This document shows, in pieces, positions 26,150-35,455 of a stretch of 54,057 bases of DNA. The notes under the pieces were generated by a model. It was not told the DNA's origin and ran no database searches. It worked only from the letters and a program-made list of their open reading frames with translations. Every line of letters begins with the position of its first letter. The first letter of the stretch is position 1. Source of the stretch: a virus (taxonomy: Duplodnaviria > Caudoviricetes); the IMG/VR virus record IMGVR_UViG_3300027986_000324, positions 1-54,057 of that record; one strand, 5' to 3'. The translations under genes and the position numbers were made by a program.

Positions 26150-27262
26150 TTACCCGCGACGGGCCCGGTCTTCCTGGTCGCGCAGCCGTTTGTAGTCTCG
26201 ATACGGCAGCTCATCCATCGGTACCGTCGTTTTGGTGGAAGACCCGCCCACGGGCGTAATCGGCGCCGGGGCTGAGGTCTGGGTTGGCTTCTTGGGAGGT
26301 GGCGTGGTGGTGCGTGTTTGGGAACCGTTGCCGGCAGCCGTGCGAGTCTGGGATCCAGTCGAAGTCCGCGTAGCGCTCTTGCCGTTCGCGGTATCTCCGG
26401 CGCTGGGTTTTTCAAGTTGCAGAGCAGCTTCGATTTGCCCAATGCGCGTGACCACTCGCATGGGGCTAACTTCCACCAGTTCCGCCAGCTCCTGAATCAC
26501 CTCCGGATGCTTGCCCAGGTAGTAGGCAATTTCCGGTCCTATGTCGCCAGCTTCGATAATCGCGACCTGCGCGATCATGGGAATCGTTGCCGAACTTCCC
26601 ACTACGTCGCGGAAGTCCGGATACTTTTCCTCGGCTGCCTTCGCCGCCGTGTCGTACACGCGACGGACCTCCGCGGTCCGCTGCTGTGCAGCCTGGTCCT
26701 CTTGAGTCTTGGACTGCTTCGCGGTTTCGTCGTGGAACACTTTCCGCGCAGCCCAGAGATTGTGGTCTCTGATCCAGTCCTCGTAGGCTGTAGCGCTGCC
26801 GCGATACTTGGCATCGGCGAGTTGCGGCTCCGGATCCGGCGTGGCCGCAGCGGTCCTCGGCTGCGTACCCTCGCCCGTTCCATCGCCTGCGCCTTTGCCC
26901 GTCTTCTCGACCTGCGCCCGGAGTGCATCCATTTCTTCCTGTTGCTCATGGATGCGCCGCGTGAGCGTATCAATCCGCTTCTGGACGCCAGACTTGCGCG
27001 GTCTCCCGTCGCCTTCCTGGTCTCCAGCGGCCCTCGGCTGCTCTTCCCGTTCTTCGCCACTCTCTTCTTCGTCACCAGCCGCTTCCGCTTCGGCTGCGCT
27101 TTCGGTTTCCTGTGCAGAAACCCCGGATGATGTCTGCTCTCTTGACTCCTGTTCCTGCCCCTGTTCCGCGGCAGCGTCAGAGTCGCCAGCGCGCAGACCG
27201 GCTGCGGCTTGCTCGACTGCTTTCTGTGAGTCCGTTGTGGATGCTACGGTGATTTCCGCCAT
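26150..27262 (-). CDS. scaffolding protein
   Basis: Acidic N-terminus; GVQKRID.LT, GPEIAYYLGKHPE and APAPITPV motifs; lies between portal and coat. Confidence 0.9.
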   Translation of the reverse strand: MAEITVASTTDSQKAVEQAAAGLRAGDSDAAAEQGQEQESREQTSSGVSAQETESAAEAEAAGDEEESGEEREEQPRAAGDQEGDGRPRKSGVQKRIDTLTRRIHEQQEEMDALRAQVEKTGKGAGDGTGEGTQPRTAAATPDPEPQLADAKYRGSATAYEDWIRDHNLWAARKVFHDETAKQSKTQEDQAAQQRTAEVRRVYDTAAKAAEEKYPDFRDVVGSSATIPMIAQVAIIEAGDIGPEIAYYLGKHPEVIQELAELVEVSPMRVVTRIGQIEAALQLEKPSAGDTANGKSATRTSTGSQTRTAAGNGSQTRTTTPPPKKPTQTSAPAPITPVGGSSTKTTVPMDELPYRDYKRLRDQEDRARRG

Positions 27263-27366
27263 GGATTGTATTTCCTCCAAGAAATTGAAACCGCGACCTT
27301 ACGGCCGTCGCTTAGCCGTCCTGCAAAACTTGATGAACTGCGCCAGTTTCCAGACGTCTGTGACGT

Positions 27367-29661
27367 CTAGGGCGCAACCGCTGCTGCAGCGGGTGGCGCT
27401 CCCGAGTTGCCGGGGCCGTTACCAGGTCCACCGCCAACCAGCACCGGAGCCGGGGCTGCGCCTTCTTCCCCGTCTTCCTGGTCGATGCCCATAGAGTTAT
27501 GCAACTGCTCGAGCCGCCCACTGATCGCGCCCAACTGGGCCTGTAACGCAGCCAGCGCGCCTTCGCCCCGAATCTTGGCCTCGACCGTCAGGAGCTGCAC
27601 TTGTGATTGCATCGCCGCAATGCGTTCCTTGGACTCGAGGTCCAGACGTTTGGACTTGATCAGGTCCGTCGCGGCGCTCAGTTCCTGGACCAGCGCCCCA
27701 TGCTGCTGCATCATCGCCTGCAGCTGGGATTGCATCTTCGTGAGCTGCGTCTCCGGGTCCTGGTCGCTGTCCTCCAGAAGCTGGGGCGGCAGCATCTTCT
27801 TGAGCCGGTCGGCAATTTCCTTCGCGCCCGGCCAATCCATGTTCCGCACCAGCAGATCACCGGCGGCCTGCATCATGTTTGGATACGCCTGGACCAGCGC
27901 CATCATCGAAGCCACGGCTTCCTGCCTCTTTGATTGATAGCTGGGACCCGTGGAGACCATCACGTCGTAGCGGCCCACACCCACGTCGTAAATTTTCTTC
28001 ACGCTCTGCATGAGATCGAGCGCGGCCACCTCTTCCGCGTTCGCGCCCTTTTGCGAGTTGAAGAGGCCCACGTGGTCCACCGTGCCATCCGGACGAATAA
28101 TCCTCTGGATGCGCGGCGCGTCGTAGATGTGCGGAATCAGATCGATCAGAAGCCGCCCGCTGTGGCGCATCGAGCGCGCCAGGTTGTCCGTGAAATTGAG
28201 CGTGCCCAGGTCTGTCTGCTTCTGCCGCGCCAGAATTGCCTTGCCTGACTCATCTGGCCCGCGCTGCCCCAGACTGGCATCGTAGATGCCGGTCGTGGCC
28301 TTCATATCGTTGTCTGCCTGTCGCACCATCAGCGACATGGCCTGAATCGGCGGCTCGAATTGTTGCCGCGCCGGCGGAGGAACTAACGCGCCGTCCACCG
28401 TCTTTGGCTTGTACGTGAGCACGGCCAGGTTGCGCGTATTCGATTGCCGCCACTCTTCTTCATGTCCTTCAAGCTGGCCTTCAGCTGCAACGTGCGGCGC
28501 TTTCGGCGCCAGCGCAATGGTCTCCGTGGCCGCGGAAATCCAGTAGTTATACATCCGCTGCGGATCCTTGTAGTGTCGCAGCAATCCAGCCACGTGGCGC
28601 TCGCCGTCCACGTCCACGTCGTCGCCTGTCAGCGGCACAATGGGGATCCACTTCCCGGCCCAGTCGCGCTCCGCGAGAATATCGAGCGCGTTGATCTTGG
28701 CCCACTTCACCTGCCGGCGCGAACTTCTGCGCTTCGCCGTCACTGGAGGCGGAGCCTGGGGAGGCGGAGCCAGCTCGCCGGGCTGGGGCTGTCCGGTCAT
28801 CGCCTGCAATTGCTCCTGGTACGCCTGCAGCTGATCCTCGTGAGCCTTCAGGTGCTGCTCGTACTCGTCTTCCTTCATCACCGAGCCATCCGCCAGCCGG
28901 ACCAGCTCGATCGGCGTCTCTTCCACGTAGAAGTACTCGGCAATGCGAATGGTGTCCTTGTCCAGGCCGTTCTGTAAGGGCTGGTCGCCAATGCTGATAA
29001 AGTCATTGAGCGAGGCAGCCGACGAATCCGGATACTTGGCCTTGTTTTCTTCAGCCGAAACGTCTTCCACGATGAAACCGAACCGGGCATCCGACTTGTC
29101 CGGTTCCAGGCAGTTCGGATCCAGAAAGACCTTGAACGGGTTTTTAATCCGTTTGATCTTGATTTCCTGATCAAAGCCAGCATCGTCGATGTACTCGGTC
29201 ACGATGCGCCAGTACCCAAACCCGCACCGGCCCATGCTGTCAAAGGCTGTGTCGTAGGCGATCTCGGCATCGCTGATCACTTCAATGTGCCGGACCGTGC
29301 CCTGCAAGATCTCTGCTGTCTCCGGATCGGAACCATCGCCCGCTGGGTTAATCACCGTGCTGGGGCGCTGCTGCCGTTGCTCATTCGTGACTTGGCGCAG
29401 GAACTGTGGTGCGCGATTCATGATCAGGCACGGACGCCCATCCGCCTGTCGCTGCGTCTCGATATCGGCAGGCCACTGGCGGCCAATCGAGAATTGCAGA
29501 TCGTCCAGAGCCTCTTTGCGCGTCTTCGCCTCGGCTTCCGCGCATTGCTTGAAGCGGTCCTGCGCGAGCTTCAGGAAGGCCTGGACGTTGCGCTTCTTCG
29601 TGGTTGCATCATCGTCCTGGCGCTGGTCGGTATGTGTGGCTTCGTTGACGGTGTCGAACAT
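27367..29661 (-). CDS. portal protein (P22 gp1-like)
   Basis: DL.F..G.QW, RPCL..N, KDPQRMYNYW, SGKAILARQ and GRYDV.V.TGPSY..KRQEA motifs. Confidence 0.95.
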   Translation of the reverse strand: MFDTVNEATHTDQRQDDDATTKKRNVQAFLKLAQDRFKQCAEAEAKTRKEALDDLQFSIGRQWPADIETQRQADGRPCLIMNRAPQFLRQVTNEQRQQRPSTVINPAGDGSDPETAEILQGTVRHIEVISDAEIAYDTAFDSMGRCGFGYWRIVTEYIDDAGFDQEIKIKRIKNPFKVFLDPNCLEPDKSDARFGFIVEDVSAEENKAKYPDSSAASLNDFISIGDQPLQNGLDKDTIRIAEYFYVEETPIELVRLADGSVMKEDEYEQHLKAHEDQLQAYQEQLQAMTGQPQPGELAPPPQAPPPVTAKRRSSRRQVKWAKINALDILAERDWAGKWIPIVPLTGDDVDVDGERHVAGLLRHYKDPQRMYNYWISAATETIALAPKAPHVAAEGQLEGHEEEWRQSNTRNLAVLTYKPKTVDGALVPPPARQQFEPPIQAMSLMVRQADNDMKATTGIYDASLGQRGPDESGKAILARQKQTDLGTLNFTDNLARSMRHSGRLLIDLIPHIYDAPRIQRIIRPDGTVDHVGLFNSQKGANAEEVAALDLMQSVKKIYDVGVGRYDVMVSTGPSYQSKRQEAVASMMALVQAYPNMMQAAGDLLVRNMDWPGAKEIADRLKKMLPPQLLEDSDQDPETQLTKMQSQLQAMMQQHGALVQELSAATDLIKSKRLDLESKERIAAMQSQVQLLTVEAKIRGEGALAALQAQLGAISGRLEQLHNSMGIDQEDGEEGAAPAPVLVGGGPGNGPGNSGAPPAAAAVAP

Positions 29662-30402
29662 TTACCCCATCCAACTCCCTTGCATCGATCCGGCCGACAT
29701 ATACTTAGGCTTGGGCTGCTGCTCTACAGGCTTTGTCTTCATCCGGTCCCGCCCGCTCATCACGAAATACCGCGTGCACGCCATCAGGTGATACTTGTGA
29801 TCGTCCACGATGCGCCCGTTCGTGTCGCGCTGGAACGTGCGGAACTCTGTAAACCAGTTTTGGCAGGACTTGAACACCTTGAGCTTGGCCGTGGCCATCA
29901 ACTGCCAGGTCTCGTAGATGCCGGTCTCTACCGAGTTATTCGCCTTGTCGATATCGAGCCCCTGCGCTCGATACATCTCCAGCAACCGGCGACCATCCGC
30001 CTGCTGCCGTCCATCCGCCGCCGGATCAATCACCCCTGGAATCCAGTCACCGCGCGACCGGATGCCCGAAGCGTGGATGATTGGCTCTGCCAACCCCCGG
30101 TAATACTCGGCATACAGATAAATCACGCCGTTTTGATTGTCGCGGGCTCCCCAGATCGCCGCAGTCTTGTTCCAGCCCACGTCCATGCCGTACGCGCGCG
30201 GCCAATGCACCGGAATATCGAAGTCAAGGACCGCGATGTCCGTCTCGGCAATCGGATAGATGGCACCGGCCCCGAGCTGGGGCGCGCCCCGTGTCCGGGC
30301 GTCCCGCTGGTACGCGGGAATTTCCTTCAACAGCTCAGCTTTGGCTTCGTCACTGAGGTGCGGAACGTCATCCCACGTAGCGGTAACGACAAACTTGGAC
30401 AT
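29662..30402 (-). CDS. terL: terminase large subunit, C-terminal part (end of ATPase lid plus RNase H-like nuclease)
   Basis: TWDDVPHL...RDARTRG.P.LG.GAIYP, GMDVGW and HLMACTRY; matches the second half of P22 gp2-type TerL. Confidence 0.9.
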   Translation of the reverse strand: MSKFVVTATWDDVPHLSDEAKAELLKEIPAYQRDARTRGAPQLGAGAIYPIAETDIAVLDFDIPVHWPRAYGMDVGWNKTAAIWGARDNQNGVIYLYAEYYRGLAEPIIHASGIRSRGDWIPGVIDPAADGRQQADGRRLLEMYRAQGLDIDKANNSVETGIYETWQLMATAKLKVFKSCQNWFTEFRTFQRDTNGRIVDDHKYHLMACTRYFVMSGRDRMKTKPVEQQPKPKYMSAGSMQGSWMG

Positions 30403-30827
30403 TAGGAGATGGTTCCAACTCCCACCGACTGGATCGTGACCTGGCCCGCGTTGTTTACGGTCACCATGAAGTCGCGGAATGTGTTCGTCGCGATGGTGGC
30501 CGTCCCGTTGATGGTCACGCCTGCGCCCGCGGTCAGGGTCACGGTGTTATTGCCCGTGTTGGTAATCCGCAGCATGTACGTGAAGTTAGCCGGCGGAGTG
30601 ACAGACAGCGAGGCCTGCAGATCGGCGAAGAGTTGCGCCGCCGTGCGCGTGGTGAGAGCGTTCGCGCCGTTGGCCGTGGTGGTCAGGTTCACCCAGAACC
30701 CGCCCGTCATCAACCCCTGCGTCAGTGTGGCGTTCGAAAGCGCCGTGGAGTTGAACTGCGGCCCCAGCGTGGAAAGAATGTCCTGAATGGCGGATGCGTC
30801 AAGGGCACCCTGATGACCGAATGACAT
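30402..30827 (-). CDS. small beta-rich virion (decoration-like) protein
   Basis: LTT.TAAQL...LRITNTG..TVTLTAGAGVT..G; AGGAGG RBS. Confidence 0.65.
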   Translation of the reverse strand: MSFGHQGALDASAIQDILSTLGPQFNSTALSNATLTQGLMTGGFWVNLTTTANGANALTTRTAAQLFADLQASLSVTPPANFTYMLRITNTGNNTVTLTAGAGVTINGTATIATNTFRDFMVTVNNAGQVTIQSVGVGTIS

Positions 30828-30861
30828 AAAGCCTCCTTGCAAAAAGTGTGTTTAACTTCGC

Positions 30862-31866
30862 TTACAGACCGATGATCCCAAGGATGTCGGCTTCGCTCAT
30901 CATCACCAGGTCGCCATCCTTCACCAAGTCCCCATACGGGACGTTTACGGAGCCAGAGATGACAACGCGGTCCCCTGGCTTCACTTGCGTCTCATGGAAC
31001 ACGCCCTGTTCGTCTTTCTTGCCCGGTCCCACCGCGAGCACCAGGCCTCTGAGTGCTTCGGTGCGGCCTACACTCGGAATCACGATGCCGCCCTGCGTCT
31101 GCGCTTCTGGCGGATCGCGACGGACTAGCACGCGATCATGGAGGGGCTGGATGTGGCCCAGGTCCTGCGGCGTGACCTTGCAGCCCTTCTCCTCTTTGTC
31201 TGCGCCGAATGTGATTGGCTTCGGCATGTCGTCGATACGCTTGCGCCCGACCGCTGGGAGCGTTCGAAGGCCGCGTTTGCATGTTTCGCACCACGGTGCA
31301 CCGTTGAATGGCACGTCGCTATGTCTCTCCCAGAATCCGAGCACCAGGCCTCTGAGTGCTTCGGTGCGGCCTACACTCGGAATCACGATGCCGCCCTGCG
31401 TCTGCGCTTCTGGCGGATCGCGACGGACTAGCACGCGATCATGGAGGGGCTGGATGTGGCCCAGGTCCTGCGGCGTGACCTTGCAGCCCTTCTCCTCTTT
31501 GTCTGCGCCGAATGTGATTGGCTTCGGCATGTCGTCGATACGCTTGCGCCCGACCGCTGGGAGCGTTCGAAGGCCGCGTTTGCATGTTTCGCACCACGGT
31601 GCACCGTTGAATGGCACGTCGCTATGTCTCTCCCAGAATCCGAGCACTCTATTGCAGTTTGTGCACCGTAATTCCTCCATGTCGTCTCCCGGCTGAACGG
31701 ATGACTGACAGTTGCAAGAGAACGCGCTGTCCTGCACGAAACCGCCATTCTCGGCATTTGGCTGCTGGCGGTATTCAGGGCATGTTGGCTTGTGAGTGCT
31801 GCGACTGAAACCTTGCGGCATGTCGTCGTACACTCCCACGCGGTCCGGCACAATTCGATTGCTCAA
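30862..31866 (-). CDS. groES: GroES co-chaperonin domain with Cys-rich N-terminal extension and internal duplication
   Basis: IQPLHDRVLV....E..T.GGIVIP...G.VLAVGPGK...VKPGDRV...MSEADILGII; CTNC/CETC upstream. Confidence 0.85.
   Translation of the reverse strand: MSNRIVPDRVGVYDDMPQGFSRSTHKPTCPEYRQQPNAENGGFVQDSAFSCNCQSSVQPGDDMEELRCTNCNRVLGFWERHSDVPFNGAPWCETCKRGLRTLPAVGRKRIDDMPKPITFGADKEEKGCKVTPQDLGHIQPLHDRVLVRRDPPEAQTQGGIVIPSVGRTEALRGLVLGFWERHSDVPFNGAPWCETCKRGLRTLPAVGRKRIDDMPKPITFGADKEEKGCKVTPQDLGHIQPLHDRVLVRRDPPEAQTQGGIVIPSVGRTEALRGLVLAVGPGKKDEQGVFHETQVKPGDRVVISGSVNVPYGDLVKDGDLVMMSEADILGIIGL
31035..31647. repeat. tandem 303-bp duplication bounded by CGAGCAC
   Basis: CGAGCAC at 31035, 31338 and 31641; the two 303-bp units look identical by eye. 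Confidence 0.95.
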
Positions 31867-32099
31867 AATCCCATCCTTCTCGGTCGCAATAGACTGCTCA
31901 GTGGAACCATCCGCGCCGATCCAGCTTTCAACGGTTTAAAAGCGGGACGAATCGGCTTGATCGGCCCAACCCGCACGGGCTTCATCTTGGGCGCCAGGTT
32001 CTGTCTCGATTGAGCCAGGCGCGGCTGCCGCAGATTCAGCGTGCCGGAGGGCCACAACGATTTAGGCGAAGTATTGGCAGGGCTTCCCGTGATGGCCAT
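31863..32099 (-). CDS. small basic Pro/Arg-rich protein
   Basis: Coupled to neighbouring genes; ends MVPLSSLLRPRRMGF. Confidence 0.6.
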   Translation of the reverse strand: MAITGSPANTSPKSLWPSGTLNLRQPRLAQSRQNLAPKMKPVRVGPIKPIRPAFKPLKAGSARMVPLSSLLRPRRMGF

Positions 32100-32329
32100 T
32101 ACTTGCTCCTCAGCAAGGACCGCAGCGGCACCATCTTTTGCTTGATGCCCGGCCAGTCCCGCTTCACCTTCGCCCGCACCTTCGCCTTTGTGCCCGGTGA
32201 TCCGTACTCAGACACCCTTGCGAGCGCATTCCTGGCCCTGCCAATGGTGTCATCCGGATATTTGCGCTTACCGGGAAGCGCGAAATCCGAAAGCGGGAGC
32301 GACTTGCGCTTGGCTGCGGTTAAGCTCAT
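32099..32329 (-). CDS. small basic phage protein (DUF6582-like)
   Basis: LTA..RK.LP.SDFALPG.RKYP......ARNALARV. Confidence 0.8.
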   Translation of the reverse strand: MSLTAAKRKSLPLSDFALPGKRKYPDDTIGRARNALARVSEYGSPGTKAKVRAKVKRDWPGIKQKMVPLRSLLRSK

Positions 32330-32640
32330 GACTGCTCTTCGCCGGCGCCTTCCTCTTCCGCTTCCCCGCCGCCCGGTTCCGCCTCGTTGTCGCCCTTCAG
32401 GTGTGCGACCATCTCGGCTTCCTTGACGCCGTGCGCGTCCATGACGTGCTTCACCATCTCCGGGCCATTGGAAAAGGAATACGTCACCGGCCGGCGAAAG
32501 CTCTTGTAGTCAAGAGAGTTGTCGAAGTGGTGTTCTACCGTGTGCCCGCCGTTTTCACTGTTGCGGATTTCGGTATGGTCCAGTTTCTTCTTGCGCGACC
32601 CACCGCCGCCGCGCTCCGCTTTTGCCTCTTTGTACGCCAT
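32326..32640 (-). CDS. hypothetical protein
   Basis: GGAGG RBS; EI...ENGGHTV.H motif; acidic tail. Confidence 0.7.
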   Translation of the reverse strand: MAYKEAKAERGGGGSRKKKLDHTEIRNSENGGHTVEHHFDNSLDYKSFRRPVTYSFSNGPEMVKHVMDAHGVKEAEMVAHLKGDNEAEPGGGEAEEEGAGEEQS

Positions 32641-32654
32641 GCGCCCTCCAGAAA

Positions 32655-33413
32655 TTAGGTTTCAGACATCTGTATTCCCAAAAAGTCCTTGATCAACTCC
32701 GTCATGCCCTGCAACGGCGTGAAGGTGAGCAGGATCAGGCCGTTCGTGGTCATCGTCCGCATCAGGCATTCCACATAAATCGGCTTCGGGCACTCCTCAT
32801 CCAGCCAGATCACATGTTTCTCTGATCCCTGGAAACTCTCCCGGCCCTGCTCATAGCTCTTGAACGTCAGGACACTTTCGCCGCCGCTCGCGTGCTCCAC
32901 GTAGACCGTTTCCACCGCCTCGGGAACGCCTGGCTTGGACACGGACCGCAGAATCGAATCACCCGGCAGCATCCCGGTGCCATGATGGCCAGGCTTGCCC
33001 AGCAGCTTCGGCTGCAGAATTTCCTTGTGGACCGTCTTGCTCGTGTCGCCTGCCGCCCAGGCATCCACCGGATGCGTGAAGCGCCGCCCGTTCCACCAGG
33101 CCGGGTAGCGCCCCGTGAGGTGCAGCGTAAGCTCATATGCGCCCACGCCTTCTGTCTTGCCCACGCGATTGGCCGCCAGAAAGCAGCGCTCACGGTGCGT
33201 GACGCCCGCTGCGAAGAATTCCAGGTGCCGAGGATAGAGTTCCCGCCGCAGCGGCCCATGGTCCGGATAGAAGCTATCAATCCGGTTCTCAAGAGCCAGC
33301 CGCTCCATCTCCTCCAGCAGCTGCAGCGCCTCCTCCAACTCCTCCGGCTTCAGCAGCGCGAGATCGCGCTCGCTGAAGGAGTTCCACAAATCGATTCCTT
33401 GCGTCGGCGACAT
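32655..33413 (-). CDS. terL: terminase large subunit, N-terminal ATPase part
   Basis: Walker A AANRVGKT, FKSYEQGRESFQG, Walker B IWLDEE and coupling motif LTFTPL; stops shortly after. Confidence 0.92.
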   Translation of the reverse strand: MSPTQGIDLWNSFSERDLALLKPEELEEALQLLEEMERLALENRIDSFYPDHGPLRRELYPRHLEFFAAGVTHRERCFLAANRVGKTEGVGAYELTLHLTGRYPAWWNGRRFTHPVDAWAAGDTSKTVHKEILQPKLLGKPGHHGTGMLPGDSILRSVSKPGVPEAVETVYVEHASGGESVLTFKSYEQGRESFQGSEKHVIWLDEECPKPIYVECLMRTMTTNGLILLTFTPLQGMTELIKDFLGIQMSET

Positions 33414-33819
33414 TCTTGACCACCAAGGGCGCTTTCGCATCGCCCGAAATCTTCAACTGCTGCGCCGGCTTGCCCTCCACGCGATCCGCCATCACAGCAA
33501 ACGCCTTCGCTTCGCCACTGGCAAACAGCTCGCGCACCATCTTTTTGGCCAGCTCCGGATTCTCCACCAGGACTTCCAGAATCGCGTCCGTGAACGGCTT
33601 CAGCTTGCCGGACCGTCCATGCGGGTTCTTGACCTCGCCCGGCTTGATCTGAGTCGCCCGGCCCACCGCCGGATCGATGCCCTGGCCGAAGAACTTCTTC
33701 CCGCCGCCGTTGCCAGTTTTCCGCCCTTTCGATGGCGCAGCCGGACGGCCCTTATCCTTGCCCTTCCCCTTCCCTGCCGCCCACCGCTCCCTGCCCTTCC
33801 CCTTTTTGCCGGATGCCAT
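33289..33819 (-). CDS. terS: terminase small subunit (DUF5681-like)
   Basis: TQIKPGEVKNPHGR and DRVEGKP.Q motifs; overlaps the terL start. Confidence 0.8.
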   Translation of the reverse strand: MASGKKGKGRERWAAGKGKGKDKGRPAAPSKGRKTGNGGGKKFFGQGIDPAVGRATQIKPGEVKNPHGRSGKLKPFTDAILEVLVENPELAKKMVRELFASGEAKAFAVMADRVEGKPAQQLKISGDAKAPLVVKNVADARNRFVELLQRARSRAAEAGGVGGGAAAAGGDGAAGS

Positions 33820-34353
33820 CTACTTGCTCTCTGGAAACGGCAGAGTCTCCGGAAATGGCAGCTTCAGCGACTCGGTCACCGCCTTGGCGATGCCGACGAT
33901 GTCGCGCTTCCATAGGCCGTACAGCCGGATCTCCTCGGCAAACCCCTCGAAGTCATGCGGCAGGCTCACAGGCACTTCGTCTTCCATGCCAGCGTGCTTG
34001 AGTTCGTGAAACACCAGGGCTTCCATCTGCCAGTAATCCAGGGCGGAGTCGCGGCAGTTGTCCGCGCCAAACCAGATCACGAAATCCATGGCGGAAAAGT
34101 AACGCAGCAGCCCGGAAGGCCGTTGACATGTCCCCAGGATTACCTTGCCCTTTCGTGAGCCGCCCGAGGCCTTCCACAAGTACGCAATGTTGGCGTCCAC
34201 CAGAGGGGCAAGAGACGCGCGCGACTCAATGAGAGCCTTCGCGATCTTCTCGCAGCCCGAAGCCTGGATCCAGTCGCCCTGGACCTCGAAATCGTGCTTG
34301 CTGGGAACGGGAAACTTTGCGTCCGGATCGCCACCCAGAATTAACCGCTTCAT
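33820..34353 (-). CDS. putative phage metallopeptidase
   Basis: IAYLW, DFVIW, ALVFHELKH (HExxH) and HDFEGF..E.RLYGLW motifs. Confidence 0.85.
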   Translation of the reverse strand: MKRLILGGDPDAKFPVPSKHDFEVQGDWIQASGCEKIAKALIESRASLAPLVDANIAYLWKASGGSRKGKVILGTCQRPSGLLRYFSAMDFVIWFGADNCRDSALDYWQMEALVFHELKHAGMEDEVPVSLPHDFEGFAEEIRLYGLWKRDIVGIAKAVTESLKLPFPETLPFPESK

Positions 34354-34380
34354 CGTGTTTCACTCTCTCCTGACGTCTGG

Positions 34381-34415
34381 AAAAGTAAACGGAGGAAGCT
34401 GTGGCTTCCCCCGTC
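34381..34415 (-). terminator. possible intrinsic terminator
   Basis: ACGGGGAAGC-CACA-GCTTCCTCCGT followed by TTACTTTT. Confidence 0.45.
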
Positions 34416-34419
34416 CAGG

Positions 34420-34596
34420 TTATTTGTGCGTCGTAACGGCGGCCGCTGGCTTCCGTGCGCAGTGCTTCTTGCCGATGGTAGCCACCTTCATCACGACGCA
34501 GCCCGCTGGTTTGAGCACGTGCGTGTAGGTTTTCTCCCCAGCGTAGAGCGCACCCGCCAGCGCCGCAGCAGCCAGAATCGCGCCAGCCGGAGGCAC
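34420..34596 (-). CDS. small membrane-anchored protein (58 aa, not in ORF track)
   Basis: GTG overlaps the previous stop; AILAAAALAGALYAG then a basic tail with two Cys. Confidence 0.45.
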   Translation of the reverse strand: MPPAGAILAAAALAGALYAGEKTYTHVLKPAGCVVMKVATIGKKHCARKPAAAVTTHK

Positions 34597-35282
34597 TACT
34601 TGCCCCCTGTCATCGGGACCGGAACGCCCAGGACGTGCATCTTAGGCACGTTCACCTTGGCTTTCCCGAAGTCCTTGGAAATTTTCTGGTTATATTCCTT
34701 GGCGATTTGCCGCGCTGATTTGCCAGACGGTTTCTGCACAGGCGCGGGCTCTGTATGCTTGCCGCTCGTCTGCACAGCCAGGAAGTCCACGCCCGGCATG
34801 CCCACCCCGAAGAAGAGTTGAGCGGTGACCGGAGCCGGCGCGGAGTTTCTAATCAACAGGCCCACGTCCAGCAGAATCAGCTTCACTGAGGCAATCGCGG
34901 CAGCCACCGCAGCCGTGACCTTCGGATCGGCCACGCCCACCGCCGTCAGGATCGCGCTCAGATTCGTCTGAGCATCACTCAGCGACGCATTGATCTGGCC
35001 AAGCGCAGTCGCGGGCGCCGCTCCCAGGTTGGCCTTGTACTGGCCCACCAGGGACTCGATCAGCTTCAAATCCGCGCTCACCTTGCCCGCGTATTCCGTG
35101 ACCTGTTGGACGTAGGCCGCATTGCCAGGAGAAACGATGTTGACTACGCTGATGGCGATATCCGTCGCCACCGGCAAGTCAGCCAGGACTGTATCGATCA
35201 GCGACCCAGAGCATCCGACTTGGGGAACGCAAAGGCCGAAGATCAGCAGGAAGGACAGCAGAACAGAACCGAACGATTTCAT
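34596..35282 (-). CDS. lipoprotein, helical with hydrophobic C-terminal segment (lysis/envelope cluster)
   Basis: MKSFGSVLLSFLLIFGLCVPQVGC lipobox; GGAGG RBS. Confidence 0.75.
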   Translation of the reverse strand: MKSFGSVLLSFLLIFGLCVPQVGCSGSLIDTVLADLPVATDIAISVVNIVSPGNAAYVQQVTEYAGKVSADLKLIESLVGQYKANLGAAPATALGQINASLSDAQTNLSAILTAVGVADPKVTAAVAAAIASVKLILLDVGLLIRNSAPAPVTAQLFFGVGMPGVDFLAVQTSGKHTEPAPVQKPSGKSARQIAKEYNQKISKDFGKAKVNVPKMHVLGVPVPMTGGK

Positions 35283-35455
35283 TTCTTCTCCTCCATTCGT
35301 TGCTTCAGTTGGTCCACAATCGACTGCACATAATCGCCCGCCGAATCGACTACTTCCGGCGTGCTGAGCTTGATTGTGGTTTGCTTCTTGTTTTTGGTCA
35401 CCCCGTAGTAACGGTCCAGCGTGATGACCAGCGAGACATCCAGTGGCTCGCTCAC
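35279..35455 (-). CDS. hypothetical protein (58 aa, not in ORF track)
   Basis: GTGA and ATGA overlaps at both ends; MSEPLDVSLVITLDRYYG... Confidence 0.5.
   Translation of the reverse strand: MSEPLDVSLVITLDRYYGVTKNKKQTTIKLSTPEVVDSAGDYVQSIVDQLKQRMEEKK

Noticed and set aside
30403-32654. Group I intron or intein interrupting terL
   Set aside because: The insert is filled with ordinary coupled genes, has no homing endonuclease, and both halves have their own stop or start
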